A stretch of 64,000 nucleotides of DNA from positions 453-64,452 of the IMG/VR virus record IMGVR_UViG_3300045747_000058. One strand, given 5' to 3'. This DNA is from a virus. Made by a program: the position numbers and the translations under genes. This document shows positions 47,186 through 56,490 of this stretch, one piece after another. Within the stretch, counting starts at the first letter, position 1; every line of letters starts with the position of its first letter. The notes beneath the pieces were generated by a model. The model worked only from the letters and a program-made list of their open reading frames with translations. It was not told where the DNA came from and made no database searches.

Positions 47186-47844
47186 TATGCGTATGCCTTA
47201 GAGAAGTTCGCGTACCACGCGCTCTGCGCGGAGTAGTAAATCGCGCTGAGCATGTCGACCGCGTTGGCACCCACAGATAGCACAGGCACCACGCCGCCGG
47301 GGAACTTGAACGACGTGCTAAAGGTCATCGTGCTGCCGTTGGTCGCGCCCTGCTTGATCAGCAGCGTGATTGTCTGACCGTTGGTCGGGGTGGTAGGCGT
47401 CTGAAGGACGCACGTGACGCTGTCGGCGGTGAATATGAAGTTGTTTGAGGTGCTGGCGTCAATCGTGAGGGAGGTCGTAGTGGCAAGGGTCACTGGTGTA
47501 ACGGCCTGCGCTTTGGTAAAGGCGTTTGCGTCGCTCAGGTTCACTTTGCCGTCAATGGACTCTGCGGTGACAAAGTTCACTACCGTGGCGCCTGCACTCC
47601 AGGCACGCGCTGCGGTGCCCCCCTGGGCACGGACGATGACTGTGAAGCCGTCGGTGACGCGGGTGGTCACCTTCACGATCTCAGGGATGTTGGCCGAGTC
47701 CACAATCGTGGCGTAGAAGAAGTCCGCCGCGCTTGTGACGGGGAACTTTACCCCGTCGCCCGAGGTGACGGACATCGAGGTAGCGATATCGGTGATGCTG
47801 GCGGATAAGGCCGAGCGGGCAAGGTTCGTGTGTTTGACACCCAT
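47185..47844 (-). CDS. Short fibre protein
   Basis: N-domain SITDIATSMSVTSG...EIVKVTTR...VRAQGGTAARAWSAG. C-domain KQGATNG...FKFPGGVVPVLS...AVDML, typical of fibre proteins. Confidence 0.75.
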   Translation of the reverse strand: MGVKHTNLARSALSASITDIATSMSVTSGDGVKFPVTSAADFFYATIVDSANIPEIVKVTTRVTDGFTVIVRAQGGTAARAWSAGATVVNFVTAESIDGKVNLSDANAFTKAQAVTPVTLATTTSLTIDASTSNNFIFTADSVTCVLQTPTTPTNGQTITLLIKQGATNGSTMTFSTSFKFPGGVVPVLSVGANAVDMLSAIYYSAQSAWYANFSKAYA

Positions 47845-47856
47845 GACTACTTCCTC

Positions 47857-47888
47857 AAAAAGGCCCCGGCCTTTGTGGGGCCGGGGCT
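47857..47888 (-). terminator. Rho-independent terminator
   Basis: GCCCCGGCC stem (9 bp) followed by TTTTT on the minus strand. Confidence 0.8.
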
Positions 47889-47926
47889 AACATGACGCAC
47901 CGCATAGGGAGATTGCTACGCGGCTC

Positions 47927-48286
47927 TCAGCGCGCCATTTCGCGCGCGATGGCGTGGACGACACCGCGAAAAATAAAGTCCTTGGCTTTCTGTTCAGCTG
48001 GAAGGTCTGCGTATGGGACGTAGCAAGGGTGCAGCTTGTTCGCTGGGTCCTTGTGCGCACCGTAGCTCCAACCGTCTTTGCGCTTCTGCTCCATCCATGC
48101 TTGATGGCTGGCGTCAACACCCAGGTCCGGGTTTGCAAGGTGAAGCTCAACGCCTGCGATGGCGCTGTCCTTCTGCCACTGCGGTGCTTCTTCCCAGAGA
48201 GTCTGGGTCTTGTCGCCGAGGGCTGCACAGTAGGCCGCGTTCACCTCATGGCACACGCGGGCGATGGAGTGGGCCATGGATTTCAT
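47927..48286 (-). CDS. RyR-domain protein
   Basis: ARVCHE...SHQAWMEQKRKDGWSYGAHKDPANKLHPCYVPYADLPAEQKAKD. Confidence 0.88.
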   Translation of the reverse strand: MKSMAHSIARVCHEVNAAYCAALGDKTQTLWEEAPQWQKDSAIAGVELHLANPDLGVDASHQAWMEQKRKDGWSYGAHKDPANKLHPCYVPYADLPAEQKAKDFIFRGVVHAIAREMAR

Positions 48287-48594
48287 TGCGCCACCGCCGG
48301 ACCGACGACATGCTTAGCCTGCCCCTGCTGGTAGGGCATCCATTCGGCGTAACCGCCACTCGCGGGGGCGGCATCATCGTCTTGCAGCAACTTCACGCTG
48401 GTGCGGTTGAAGCTGTTACCGTAGTGGTCCATGATGTGGAGGTTGACCATGCGGTCGTCCCAGACGTACACGACAGTTGCGTCCATCGGCTGATCAGAAA
48501 TCTGCGAGGGGTGTAGGTAGTTGTTGTTCCCGAGAGATACGGGCGAGTTGTCGTGGCGATACCAGACCTTGCGGCCTACTGTTGGCTTGATCAT
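48283..48594 (-). CDS. Conserved phage protein (MIKPTVGR family)
   Basis: MIKPTVGRKVWY...QPMDATVVYVWDDRMVNL...AEWMPYQQGQA. Confidence 0.8.
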   Translation of the reverse strand: MIKPTVGRKVWYRHDNSPVSLGNNNYLHPSQISDQPMDATVVYVWDDRMVNLHIMDHYGNSFNRTSVKLLQDDDAAPASGGYAEWMPYQQGQAKHVVGPAVAQ

Positions 48595-48609
48595 TTTGGT
48601 TCTCCTGGG

Positions 48610-49626
48610 TTAAACAAACTCGTCGCCGCGCATACGTGCGAGCACGTCGTCGGGCAGTTTCTTGAAGTCGTCCTGGCTCATCTTCATCACGTCCTTGGCG
48701 GACAGTGAGCCACCGGCCTTGTCGCTGTCCATGCCGACCTTCGCGGTGCTGGCAGGCGTCTTGGATGCGGCGTCCACGTTCTTAGCCACAGCGGCCTTCT
48801 TGCGCTCCTTAGCTACGTCCTTGGCGACCTCTTCAGCGTCTACCTTGGGCGCGATGGTGGTGGCTTTCTCCTGGGCCTTGTCCTCAATGTCCACGACCTT
48901 TTTAACCGCCGCTTGCAGGGCCTTCGTCGGGGTCATGTTGCGCTGGCGCTCGTAGAAAATCTTCCACTCCACCACCTCACCCAGCACAGCTTTGTCGAAG
49001 TCGTCATGGTCAGGGTTCAGCGTGGGGAAGCTGGACTCGATGCGCTCCAGTGCCACGTCGTACCGGGCCTGCTCTGTGGCCTGGGCGATAGCGATCTGGG
49101 TCTTGTAGTCGTTCTTGGCGTCGTTGATCTGGCGCTCGACAGCACGAATCTCGCGCATTTTCAGCGTGGCCTGATCAATCTCGCCGTCGGCCAGCAGCTT
49201 GGTGTACTCCTTCTCCAACGCCAGGACACCGTTCTCCAGATGGGTCAGGTCTTGGTTAATGTCCGCGACCTGACGGCCCTTCTCGTACTGGGCTAGGCGC
49301 TCCTCGGCCGCTTCGCGCTGAGCACGCTCCTTGGCCAGGATGTCCTTGTGGCGACTCAGCGGGATGCGTGAGTCCTTCTTCTTCGGTTCCTCTAGGGAAG
49401 CGTCAGGGTCCTCGGGGTCCAGGTCCTCGTCGTCCTTGCCCGCGAGCTTGACCAACTCAGCTTCAGCAGCTTTCGCCTCGGCTGCGCGCTCGGCTTTGGA
49501 CAGTTCGTCCTGCGCGCCGTCGGCATCCTCACCGGTGGCAGTGAAGTTGTCACCCCGGTCAGCGCCGCCGCCGTCGGCCTCGCCTGCGGGTTTCATATAA
49601 CGCTTGAGAAAGTTTTTCAGTATCAT
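48610..49626 (-). CDS. Capsid scaffolding protein
   Basis: 338 aa. Acidic N-terminus, RIPLSRHK, coiled coil, C-terminal MSQDDFKKLP..LARMRGD. Confidence 0.85.
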   Translation of the reverse strand: MILKNFLKRYMKPAGEADGGGADRGDNFTATGEDADGAQDELSKAERAAEAKAAEAELVKLAGKDDEDLDPEDPDASLEEPKKKDSRIPLSRHKDILAKERAQREAAEERLAQYEKGRQVADINQDLTHLENGVLALEKEYTKLLADGEIDQATLKMREIRAVERQINDAKNDYKTQIAIAQATEQARYDVALERIESSFPTLNPDHDDFDKAVLGEVVEWKIFYERQRNMTPTKALQAAVKKVVDIEDKAQEKATTIAPKVDAEEVAKDVAKERKKAAVAKNVDAASKTPASTAKVGMDSDKAGGSLSAKDVMKMSQDDFKKLPDDVLARMRGDEFV

Positions 49627-51779
49627 TTTGGTGCTCCAGTTTGCGAAGTGGGTCTCTCGACAGCTGCCGCTGCCATCCGTGCCGACTCCACGCGTTGCAT
49701 CTCGCGCTTCTGTGCCATGTCCTGCTCCTGCAGGGCCATCTTGTTCTGGGACTCCTCACGGCGAAGCCCCATCTCCATGTACTTCAGCTGGGTGTCTCGT
49801 TGGAACTCCTGCTCCTTCAGCCCCATGTCATGTTCTGCGGACTGGGCCTTCACCTGCGCCTCAGCCATCTTGGCCTGCCCGCTGCCGTCGTCCGGCTCGC
49901 CCTGGGCGGCGATCTGGGTGTTCACCTGGGTCTCCTGAGTCTTGGCACCCTTCAGGCCTGCGTCGGCGTGCTTCACGGCGGCCTCGCCCTCAGTCTTGGT
50001 GACCTCAGCCTGAAGCTGGCGCTGTTGCATCTGCTTCTGGGCCTGCGCCTCGGGGCCATTTGTGATGGCTTGCATCTGCTTGATGATGTCTTTCTTGTTC
50101 ATCAAGCGACTTGCGTCGATCAGCACAGAGTCAGGCAACTGGATGCCAGCGTCGCGCATGGCAATGGCCTGCTCAAACTGGCTGTCCTCCAACGACTCAC
50201 GGGCCGGGACGGACGTGATGGTGATGTCGTACTCGCCCAGGGTCAGGTCGTTGACCACCTCGCCGGTTGGCGACATCTCATTAATCCCAAACGACTCACT
50301 CTCGCCGGTAGTCTGGTCATGGGTGATCGTCATGATCCGCTGCTCGGTGTAGAACTCTTGTACGAGGTCCAACACGTTGCGCGCCAGGATGTAGTCAGTG
50401 CGGGTCAGGTTGTCCAGCGGCTTAACCAAGTTTGTGGAACCTGCCTGACGCTTTTGTTGGATGGCTTTAGCGGCAACGTCGGCTCGGTCCATGCCCTGCA
50501 TGGAGTCGGAGACTCCACTGATGGTCTTGACGTGCTCTTCGGCTTTGTAGCTGATCCGATCCAGTCCTTGGGGTACTTGATTCGGTGCAATCTTCTGGAC
50601 ATCTTTGTCTGGGTCTCCGTTAACCTCAATCACAAGGCCGGTCTGAGCGCCCTTCTCTTCCAGCTCCTCCACGGTCATGTTGGACAGTGCGCCAGCCTTC
50701 ACCTTGTAGCCTGAGTTCGCCGTGGTGTTCACCACATGAAGCTCCTGGCTCGTGACCTTGTTCAGTAGCTCCTGGGAACCCAGCAAGTTCTCGACGAGGC
50801 CGATGGTCGAGCCACGGCGGAAGTGGGGGAAGAACGGCACGATGGTGAAGTGCTTGTAGGGCGACCAGTCGTCATGCAGCATCACGTTGTCTGCGATCAC
50901 TGTCCAGCGGATGCGGCGCACAAGTTTGGTGGTGACCTTGAAGCCGAACCGTTCGACGAACAGGGCGATGCGGTTGCGGTCAAACTCGGTGGGGACCGGG
51001 CGCATGTCGCCGTCCTGGCTTACGAAGTGCTTCTGCCGGTCCAGCATGCGGTACTGGCGGTCGATGATGCGGATGTTACGCATCACCGACGAGTTGTCGT
51101 AGTCGCCCGTGTACATCGGGTTGAACCGGTCGCCGAAGCGGTCGCGGAACGCCTGAATGGAGTCATACCCGTATGGGAAGTAGCTCTGCTCGCGGTTGCG
51201 CAGCAGTTCCGCGTCCTCGGGGTTGTACAGGACGGCGATGTCGTCGGCCGTGACCCATTTCGTGGTGAACACTTCGTTCCACGTGTCAGGGTCGTACTCC
51301 TCGCCGTCGGGGTCGATGATCACGTTCTTCGGATTCATCGGGTCGATACGGACCTCGCCCTCCATGGAGTCGTTGTAGTCGATCCGCACGTCGAGGAAGC
51401 CACGGCTGGTGATGATCCCGTCGGCGAACATGTCGCTGCGCTTCCAGGCCATCTGGTTGTTGTCCATGATCTGCTTGTAGACCTTGTTCAGCACATCGGC
51501 GGTCTCAGCAGGTGCCCCGGAGCGGGGGCGGAAGGACGTTTCGGCGCGGGCCTGAATCTGCTCGCCCATAATGTTGGACACCGTCGGCAAAATCTTGTTG
51601 ATCGTCAGGGCTGGGCGGCGCACCAACTCCAGGCGGGCCTTATCAGTGGGGTCCCACTGGTCACCTAGGAAGAACCGGTCGCACTTTTCGGCCTTTTCCA
51701 CGTACTTCGCATGGCCGTTGTCCCTACACCAAGCGTACCGGGTCCAGATTTTCTTAGCGATTTCGGTGTTTATAGGCAT
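49623..51779 (-). CDS. Portal protein (P22-like)
   Basis: ~718 aa. GDQW...RPALTINKI, IVPFFP, GLVENLLGSQELLNK, and a Gln-rich barrel-like C-terminus. Confidence 0.93.
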   Translation of the reverse strand: MPINTEIAKKIWTRYAWCRDNGHAKYVEKAEKCDRFFLGDQWDPTDKARLELVRRPALTINKILPTVSNIMGEQIQARAETSFRPRSGAPAETADVLNKVYKQIMDNNQMAWKRSDMFADGIITSRGFLDVRIDYNDSMEGEVRIDPMNPKNVIIDPDGEEYDPDTWNEVFTTKWVTADDIAVLYNPEDAELLRNREQSYFPYGYDSIQAFRDRFGDRFNPMYTGDYDNSSVMRNIRIIDRQYRMLDRQKHFVSQDGDMRPVPTEFDRNRIALFVERFGFKVTTKLVRRIRWTVIADNVMLHDDWSPYKHFTIVPFFPHFRRGSTIGLVENLLGSQELLNKVTSQELHVVNTTANSGYKVKAGALSNMTVEELEEKGAQTGLVIEVNGDPDKDVQKIAPNQVPQGLDRISYKAEEHVKTISGVSDSMQGMDRADVAAKAIQQKRQAGSTNLVKPLDNLTRTDYILARNVLDLVQEFYTEQRIMTITHDQTTGESESFGINEMSPTGEVVNDLTLGEYDITITSVPARESLEDSQFEQAIAMRDAGIQLPDSVLIDASRLMNKKDIIKQMQAITNGPEAQAQKQMQQRQLQAEVTKTEGEAAVKHADAGLKGAKTQETQVNTQIAAQGEPDDGSGQAKMAEAQVKAQSAEHDMGLKEQEFQRDTQLKYMEMGLRREESQNKMALQEQDMAQKREMQRVESARMAAAAVERPTSQTGAPK

Positions 51780-51857
51780 GGTGTGCTCGGCTTGTGTCTG
51801 GTACACAAAGTCCGAGCGGCATGCTCTTCATCCTTTGGGGTGGAAGGGTGCGGGAGG

Positions 51858-52226
51858 TCACTTCAGGTTCCGCAGCTTGTAGAGGGTCTGCGCGGTCAGT
51901 TCCTCCATCTCAGCCAGGATGTTCAGTAACGACTGGCGGTCGCTGTCCTCATCCTCTTCTTCCTCGATGTCTTCCAAGAACTCCTCCAACATAGATACCG
52001 GCGTGCCGGTCGGGGTGTCGACGGCTGGCCACTTACTAAGCGGCACCTGACCCTCAAGGCCCATGTACACCTCGGCGTACTTGTCAGTGAGCGTGAGCAG
52101 GGTGTCGTAGAAGTCGCCGAGAGCGATGTGCTCGCTGTACGACTTGGAGGAGAGATGGGCGAAGTGGACCGCTGTGCGCAGTGCGAAGCACTCGGCGACG
52201 AAGGTGGAGCAGGAGTCCTTGGCCAT
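51858..52226 (-). CDS. Ferritin/Dps-like four-helix protein (DUF5856-like)
   Basis: HFAHL...HIALGDFYD...DKYAE...E..ELTAQTLYKL pattern. Confidence 0.75.
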   Translation of the reverse strand: MAKDSCSTFVAECFALRTAVHFAHLSSKSYSEHIALGDFYDTLLTLTDKYAEVYMGLEGQVPLSKWPAVDTPTGTPVSMLEEFLEDIEEEEDEDSDRQSLLNILAEMEELTAQTLYKLRNLK

Positions 52227-52229
52227 AGG

Positions 52230-53813
52230 TTACGCGGCCATGGCTGAGCCAGAGGAGTTCGAAACTCGGAGTTTGTCGCGCCAGGATTTCATGGGTTTCA
52301 CCTCTGTTTTACGTGGCGCTTCGCGCCCAATCACCATCTGTGCCATCCAGGCCAACGAGTCCACTTGGTCGTCGTGTGCCCCGGCCGGAAAACGTAGCAT
52401 TTCTGCGCGAAGGGACTCGTACCACTCGCCACTCGTGTTGAAACTGACCATCCCTTGCTGCATCCGACCCTGAAGGGGTCTAGCGCGGGCCATTTTGTCG
52501 GTGATGGGCTTCAGAACCACGATGGATGGGTAGAACTTCCTCTCTCGCATCCGTTTCTTAAGTAGAGCTTCGATTGCGCGCCAAATCTGGCCGTCCTCGA
52601 AGCCCAGTATCAGGGTCGGACTATACCATTTCGTCGCTAGATTCAGAATAGATTCAACGATGAAGAACGCGTTCCCGCTTTTGAACCGCACTTGATCCAC
52701 CACGTGCAGCACGTCGTCCTGATCCTGCAGCCCCACGGTGCCCACGGTGTAATCGGACTGTTTCTTCTCACTGATGGCAAAGTCCCAAGCCATGTAGACA
52801 TAGGACCTCTGGAGGTGCGGGGGCTGGGACCGCCGAAACTGGTCCTTCATGAAATACGAGCCGTCCGATGGCACTGGGTTCTGTTGGTACAGGGCGCTCC
52901 ACCACCGACTGCCCTTGTTCTGTGCCCGAATACGGTTCAGCTTGTCCAAATCGTACCGGTCGGGGTGCAGCGCCTCACCCTTGCAACGCAGGAGAGTGTG
53001 CGGGGTGTCTGGAGGCGCGTCGTACTCAATCAGGTCGGTCTCATGGTTCAGGTACTCGTCCGCCTCAGCGATGGCCGGGTACTTGATCACTTCAAACTGA
53101 TCCACAAACTCGTCGTCGCTGCCCTCCTTCATCATCAGCTGAAGGCGACCGGCGAGATCGTCATCGTGCCACCACGTCTGGATAATCAGCACCCCGCCGC
53201 CTGGGGCTAGACGGGAGTACGCGGTGGATAGGTACCACTCCCAAATTTTTTCTCGCGTATCAGCCGAATCTGCTTCCTCAGCATTCTTGATTGGGTCATC
53301 AATAACGAGGCAATGCGCGCCTTTTCCGGTGATCGCTCCACCGATGCCCGCAGCCACGTACCCCCCACGCTGGCCATGGACCCCCCAAGACTCTGTCGAC
53401 TGATTATTGGGGTCCAGACGGGTCTCGTATAGGTTCTCATACAGGGGGTCGGCGATGATCTGCTTAACCTTGCGGGAGAAATCCATAGCCAGAGAGACGT
53501 TATAAGAGCACGCAATGAATTCATGGTCAGGGTGCTGGCCGAGGTGCCAAGCAGGGAAGTTACGGGAAACCAGTTCGGACTTACCGTGGCGCGGGGGCAT
53601 GAGCAGCATCAGGCGCGGGGACTTCCCGTCCGCTACATCACGGGAGAACCGCTCCAGGCGGCGGCAGATGTCACGGTGGACCCAGCCATCCTTGTACTTG
53701 TTGTTGAACCGCTTCACGAACGGCATCAGGGTGCGCTTGGCAAGCACGCGCTGGGCCATTTCGGCCTGCGCTTTGAGGAGAACGGGGCTAGGAGCCTGAT
53801 TCTTCGTCGCCAT
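52230..53813 (-). CDS. terL: Terminase large subunit
   Basis: MPPRHGKS Walker A, VIDDP Walker B, RNase H-like AWDFA and HDDQVD. Confidence 0.96.
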   Translation of the reverse strand: MATKNQAPSPVLLKAQAEMAQRVLAKRTLMPFVKRFNNKYKDGWVHRDICRRLERFSRDVADGKSPRLMLLMPPRHGKSELVSRNFPAWHLGQHPDHEFIACSYNVSLAMDFSRKVKQIIADPLYENLYETRLDPNNQSTESWGVHGQRGGYVAAGIGGAITGKGAHCLVIDDPIKNAEEADSADTREKIWEWYLSTAYSRLAPGGGVLIIQTWWHDDDLAGRLQLMMKEGSDDEFVDQFEVIKYPAIAEADEYLNHETDLIEYDAPPDTPHTLLRCKGEALHPDRYDLDKLNRIRAQNKGSRWWSALYQQNPVPSDGSYFMKDQFRRSQPPHLQRSYVYMAWDFAISEKKQSDYTVGTVGLQDQDDVLHVVDQVRFKSGNAFFIVESILNLATKWYSPTLILGFEDGQIWRAIEALLKKRMRERKFYPSIVVLKPITDKMARARPLQGRMQQGMVSFNTSGEWYESLRAEMLRFPAGAHDDQVDSLAWMAQMVIGREAPRKTEVKPMKSWRDKLRVSNSSGSAMAA

Positions 53814-54330
53814 CGTCGTGGTCCTGCCCGATCAGGGCCTGATCCACGCCGGTGAGGGACGCTTCTTCGATGATTTTGAGGAGTTCGGCGTCTGACATCT
53901 TATTCATCCGCTCAATGGCGACGCTGCCGTTCACATTCACATTCACGTCGATCTTTTTCGGCTCGTAGAAGCCGCACATCTTCCCGATCTCGCGCCAGCC
54001 AGCAATCATCGTGGCCGGTTCGCTCATGAGGCGAGCCATCTCAATGGAATCTTTCAGCCCTTCGAGCACGTCGGCGCGGGTGATCTGCGACTCCCGCTGA
54101 AACGCATCCACTTGGAGACGGTAGGCCTTCTGGATGTGGGGCATGGTCCGCAGTTTGTGCCCGTAGTTCGCTTTTTCGTCGAACCCGGCGCGCAGGGCAG
54201 CGTTGTGGATGCTGTCGCCCCCGGCCCACAAACTCACAAACTCCTGCTGGCGCAGGGTCAAGGGCTGGTCTTCACGGGCCTCGCGCAAGGCCGCGAAGGT
54301 CTTGGGGCGGGGATTCTTGATGGTTGCCAT
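53788..54330 (-). CDS. terS: Terminase small subunit
   Basis: LTLRQQEFV...AALRAGF HTH, ITRADVL...IGKMCGFY. Overlaps terL. Confidence 0.88.
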   Translation of the reverse strand: MATIKNPRPKTFAALREAREDQPLTLRQQEFVSLWAGGDSIHNAALRAGFDEKANYGHKLRTMPHIQKAYRLQVDAFQRESQITRADVLEGLKDSIEMARLMSEPATMIAGWREIGKMCGFYEPKKIDVNVNVNGSVAIERMNKMSDAELLKIIEEASLTGVDQALIGQDHDDGDEESGS

Positions 54331-54346
54331 GGGTCGATTTTAGATC

Positions 54347-54458
54347 GAAAAAATTTTTTCTAAAAATTTTGGATTTAGAGCGACGTGTGAGGCTCTTATC
54401 CCCGTGTCCCGAATCGCACCCCTGGTTCGGATTCGTCTTCAGACACGCGGATAAGGAG
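54347..54458. other. Divergent control region: A-tract palindrome and long stem-loop (candidate packaging/terminus site)
   Basis: GAAAAAATTTTTTC at 54347-60. CTTATCCCCGTGTC/GACACGCGGATAAG is a 13/14 inverted repeat with an inner CGAATC/GATTCG stem. Confidence 0.5.
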
Positions 54459-54566
54459 TCTCTTTGCCCCCACGGCACCTGAAGTCAACTTCGCATCGGC
54501 TTTCAGCCTCAGGCGAAGTCATTCGGCTGTTTATGTCTTTAACCCGTTCAACAAGGAGCTAACGCC

Positions 54567-54893
54567 ATGAACACCACCGACACCACCTGCACTCAGGCTC
54601 AAGTAGATGCATTGCTTGGTCGCAAGATCGTGAACTACGTCATCGCCATCACAGTGCAGTGCATCTCACTCACCCTGGCCTTCTGCTGCTCCAGCTTCTG
54701 GCTGGGCTTTCTGGTCTACATCGTTGTAGGCCTGCTCATCGGGCTGCTCGCAGTCGTGGGCATGCTCTACCTCGCGATGTTCGTCTCGGACGATTCGTTC
54801 GAGGCCCTCGGCGCCAAGGCTGGCTCACTCGTGAGCACTGTCACTGGCTGGTTCTCTAAGCAGCCTTCGCCTTCGGCTCAGTCTGCATCTTGA
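54567..54893 (+). CDS. Early membrane protein (2-3 TM)
   Basis: AAGGAG RBS, long hydrophobic segments. Confidence 0.75.
   Translation: MNTTDTTCTQAQVDALLGRKIVNYVIAITVQCISLTLAFCCSSFWLGFLVYIVVGLLIGLLAVVGMLYLAMFVSDDSFEALGAKAGSLVSTVTGWFSKQPSPSAQSAS
54859..54886 (+). repeat. 28-bp direct repeat, copy 1
   Basis: AGCAGCCTTCGCCTTCGGCTCAGTCTGC, identical at 56774-56801. Confidence 0.95.
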
Positions 54894-54936
54894 TGCCTAG
54901 TTTGTCTTTTACCTCGTAACTCTAAAGGAGATCGTA

Positions 54937-55299
54937 ATGTCTGATTCCAAGATCGCTGCTTTGCTCGCTGTCAAAGCTAATTCCCGTCCCGTGCTCGCGG
55001 CTGCGCTCGTCGCTGCCAACACGGAACTCGTGGCTCTGCGTGCGAAGCACCTTGACGTTGTCGATATGCGCTTGGAGGTCGCTGATCTCCGCGCTCAGAT
55101 CGTGTCGCTGGAAGCTGCGCCTGTCGCGCCCAAGACTCCAGCACCTAAGCCCTTCGTGCGCCGCGACTTCGCGGCTGAGACCAAAGCCCGTCATGCCCGC
55201 AACCGCGCAATGACTGATACGTACTTCGCAGCTTTCCCGCAAGAACGTAGCTGTACTACGTATCAATTGGAGCAGTTTATTGCGAAGTCTGCCCACTGA
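54937..55299 (+). CDS. Early hypothetical protein (coiled coil)
   Basis: AAGGAG RBS, 120 aa. Confidence 0.75.
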   Translation: MSDSKIAALLAVKANSRPVLAAALVAANTELVALRAKHLDVVDMRLEVADLRAQIVSLEAAPVAPKTPAPKPFVRRDFAAETKARHARNRAMTDTYFAAFPQERSCTTYQLEQFIAKSAH

Positions 55300-55433
55300 G
55301 GTAGACCATTAGGCACGCTAATACACCATTAGTAAAACTTATGCATAAAGGCTAACTCCTTCGGACTGGGTGGCGTGCTACCCAGTACGAAGCATTTCGC
55401 TTCAATCTGTCTTTAACTTTTGGAGAACATCTC

Positions 55434-55868
55434 ATGGCTACTCATAAATCCACCAAGACCGCAACTGCCAAGGCTGTTGAGGAACAAGCAGCGCCAGCTG
55501 CTACTCCCTCATTCATGAATGAGGAAATGTGGTCTCAGTTCATGCAAGACCACGCTATCAAGCACCCCTGGCTAGGTCTTCTAGCCCAAATCGGCACGAT
55601 TGCCATTGGCTTCTCTGCTTCGATCATCATCGCAAGCACCATTGCCAATCTGATACTCGTTGGCTCAACCTCCATGTTCATGGTGGGTCTGGGCCTTGCG
55701 TTGTATTACTTCATTAGCTTCATCGGATGCATCCTGAGTTTCAGGGCTGCGTCCTTCGTTGGTGACTACGTTGCCAACGGCAAGTTCGAAGAGCACTACC
55801 AAGACGCCAAGTCTTGGGTCAAGGGCTTGTTCGGTTCTAACGACGTTGCACCAGCAACTGTCCACTAA
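55434..55868 (+). CDS. Early membrane protein (2-3 TM)
   Basis: GGAG RBS, hydrophobic core, amphipathic tail resembling that of 54567-54893. Confidence 0.78.
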   Translation: MATHKSTKTATAKAVEEQAAPAATPSFMNEEMWSQFMQDHAIKHPWLGLLAQIGTIAIGFSASIIIASTIANLILVGSTSMFMVGLGLALYYFISFIGCILSFRAASFVGDYVANGKFEEHYQDAKSWVKGLFGSNDVAPATVH

Positions 55869-55878
55869 GGAGATCGGC

Positions 55879-56001
55879 ATGACCAAAGCAATTGCTCGTG
55901 CCGCTGCCATCCTGGCTGTCGGCATCTTCGTCGCTCACATGCAACCTGATTGCTCTGAGTTCTCCGTAACACCTCAACTCTGTATTGGAGTATCCAAATG
56001 A
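55879..56001 (+). CDS. Small exported or membrane peptide (40 aa)
   Basis: AAGGAG RBS, signal-like N-terminus, two Cys. Confidence 0.6.
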   Translation: MTKAIARAAAILAVGIFVAHMQPDCSEFSVTPQLCIGVSK

Positions 56002-56288
56002 TTGAGTCTGGAATCATCGTAGGCATTGCCCTGCTCATGTCCCTGTCCAAGTTCTCTTGGCCCTGGCGCATGCGCATCCTGTCTAACCCCGTGATCATTG
56101 ACGCTATCGTCTTCATCGGTCTGTGCATCTTGCACTGGGGAACATTCTCCGGCGTCATGGCAGCAACAGTTGGCGCGTTCATCGTGTCCCTGGTGCTGTC
56201 ACTTGGTCGCTGGTTGTTCGGCTACATGGACAAAGGTGTGTACATCCCTGGTCGCATGGACATTGGAGGATTGCTCCATGTCGCGTAA
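55998..56288 (+). CDS. Early membrane protein (3 TM)
   Basis: GGAG RBS. GTFSGVMAATVGA motif. Confidence 0.78.
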   Translation: MIESGIIVGIALLMSLSKFSWPWRMRILSNPVIIDAIVFIGLCILHWGTFSGVMAATVGAFIVSLVLSLGRWLFGYMDKGVYIPGRMDIGGLLHVA

Positions 56289-56490
56289 ATGCTATGAGTG
56301 CGATCTCATTACATGCACCTTTGCTGGTTATAACCGGCCAGCGTGCGCGTGGTTCGAGGAGTACAGCGACGATGCTGAGGAACTCTATCAAGAGGAATGT
56401 GTTCCCCACACAGTCATCGACAAACCTGTTGATCCTGACCAAGCACTGCGCGGTCACTTGATCAAACTGCTGCGGAGTGATCATGCATAA
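56278..56490 (+). CDS. Small Cys-containing hypothetical protein
   Basis: GGAGG RBS, CYEC...C...C. Confidence 0.6.
   Translation: MSRKCYECDLITCTFAGYNRPACAWFEEYSDDAEELYQEECVPHTVIDKPVDPDQALRGHLIKLLRSDHA

Noticed and set aside
32866-47844. Diversity-generating retroelement or invertible tail cassette
   Set aside because: No reverse transcriptase, no TR/VR pair and no serine invertase are seen in the window.
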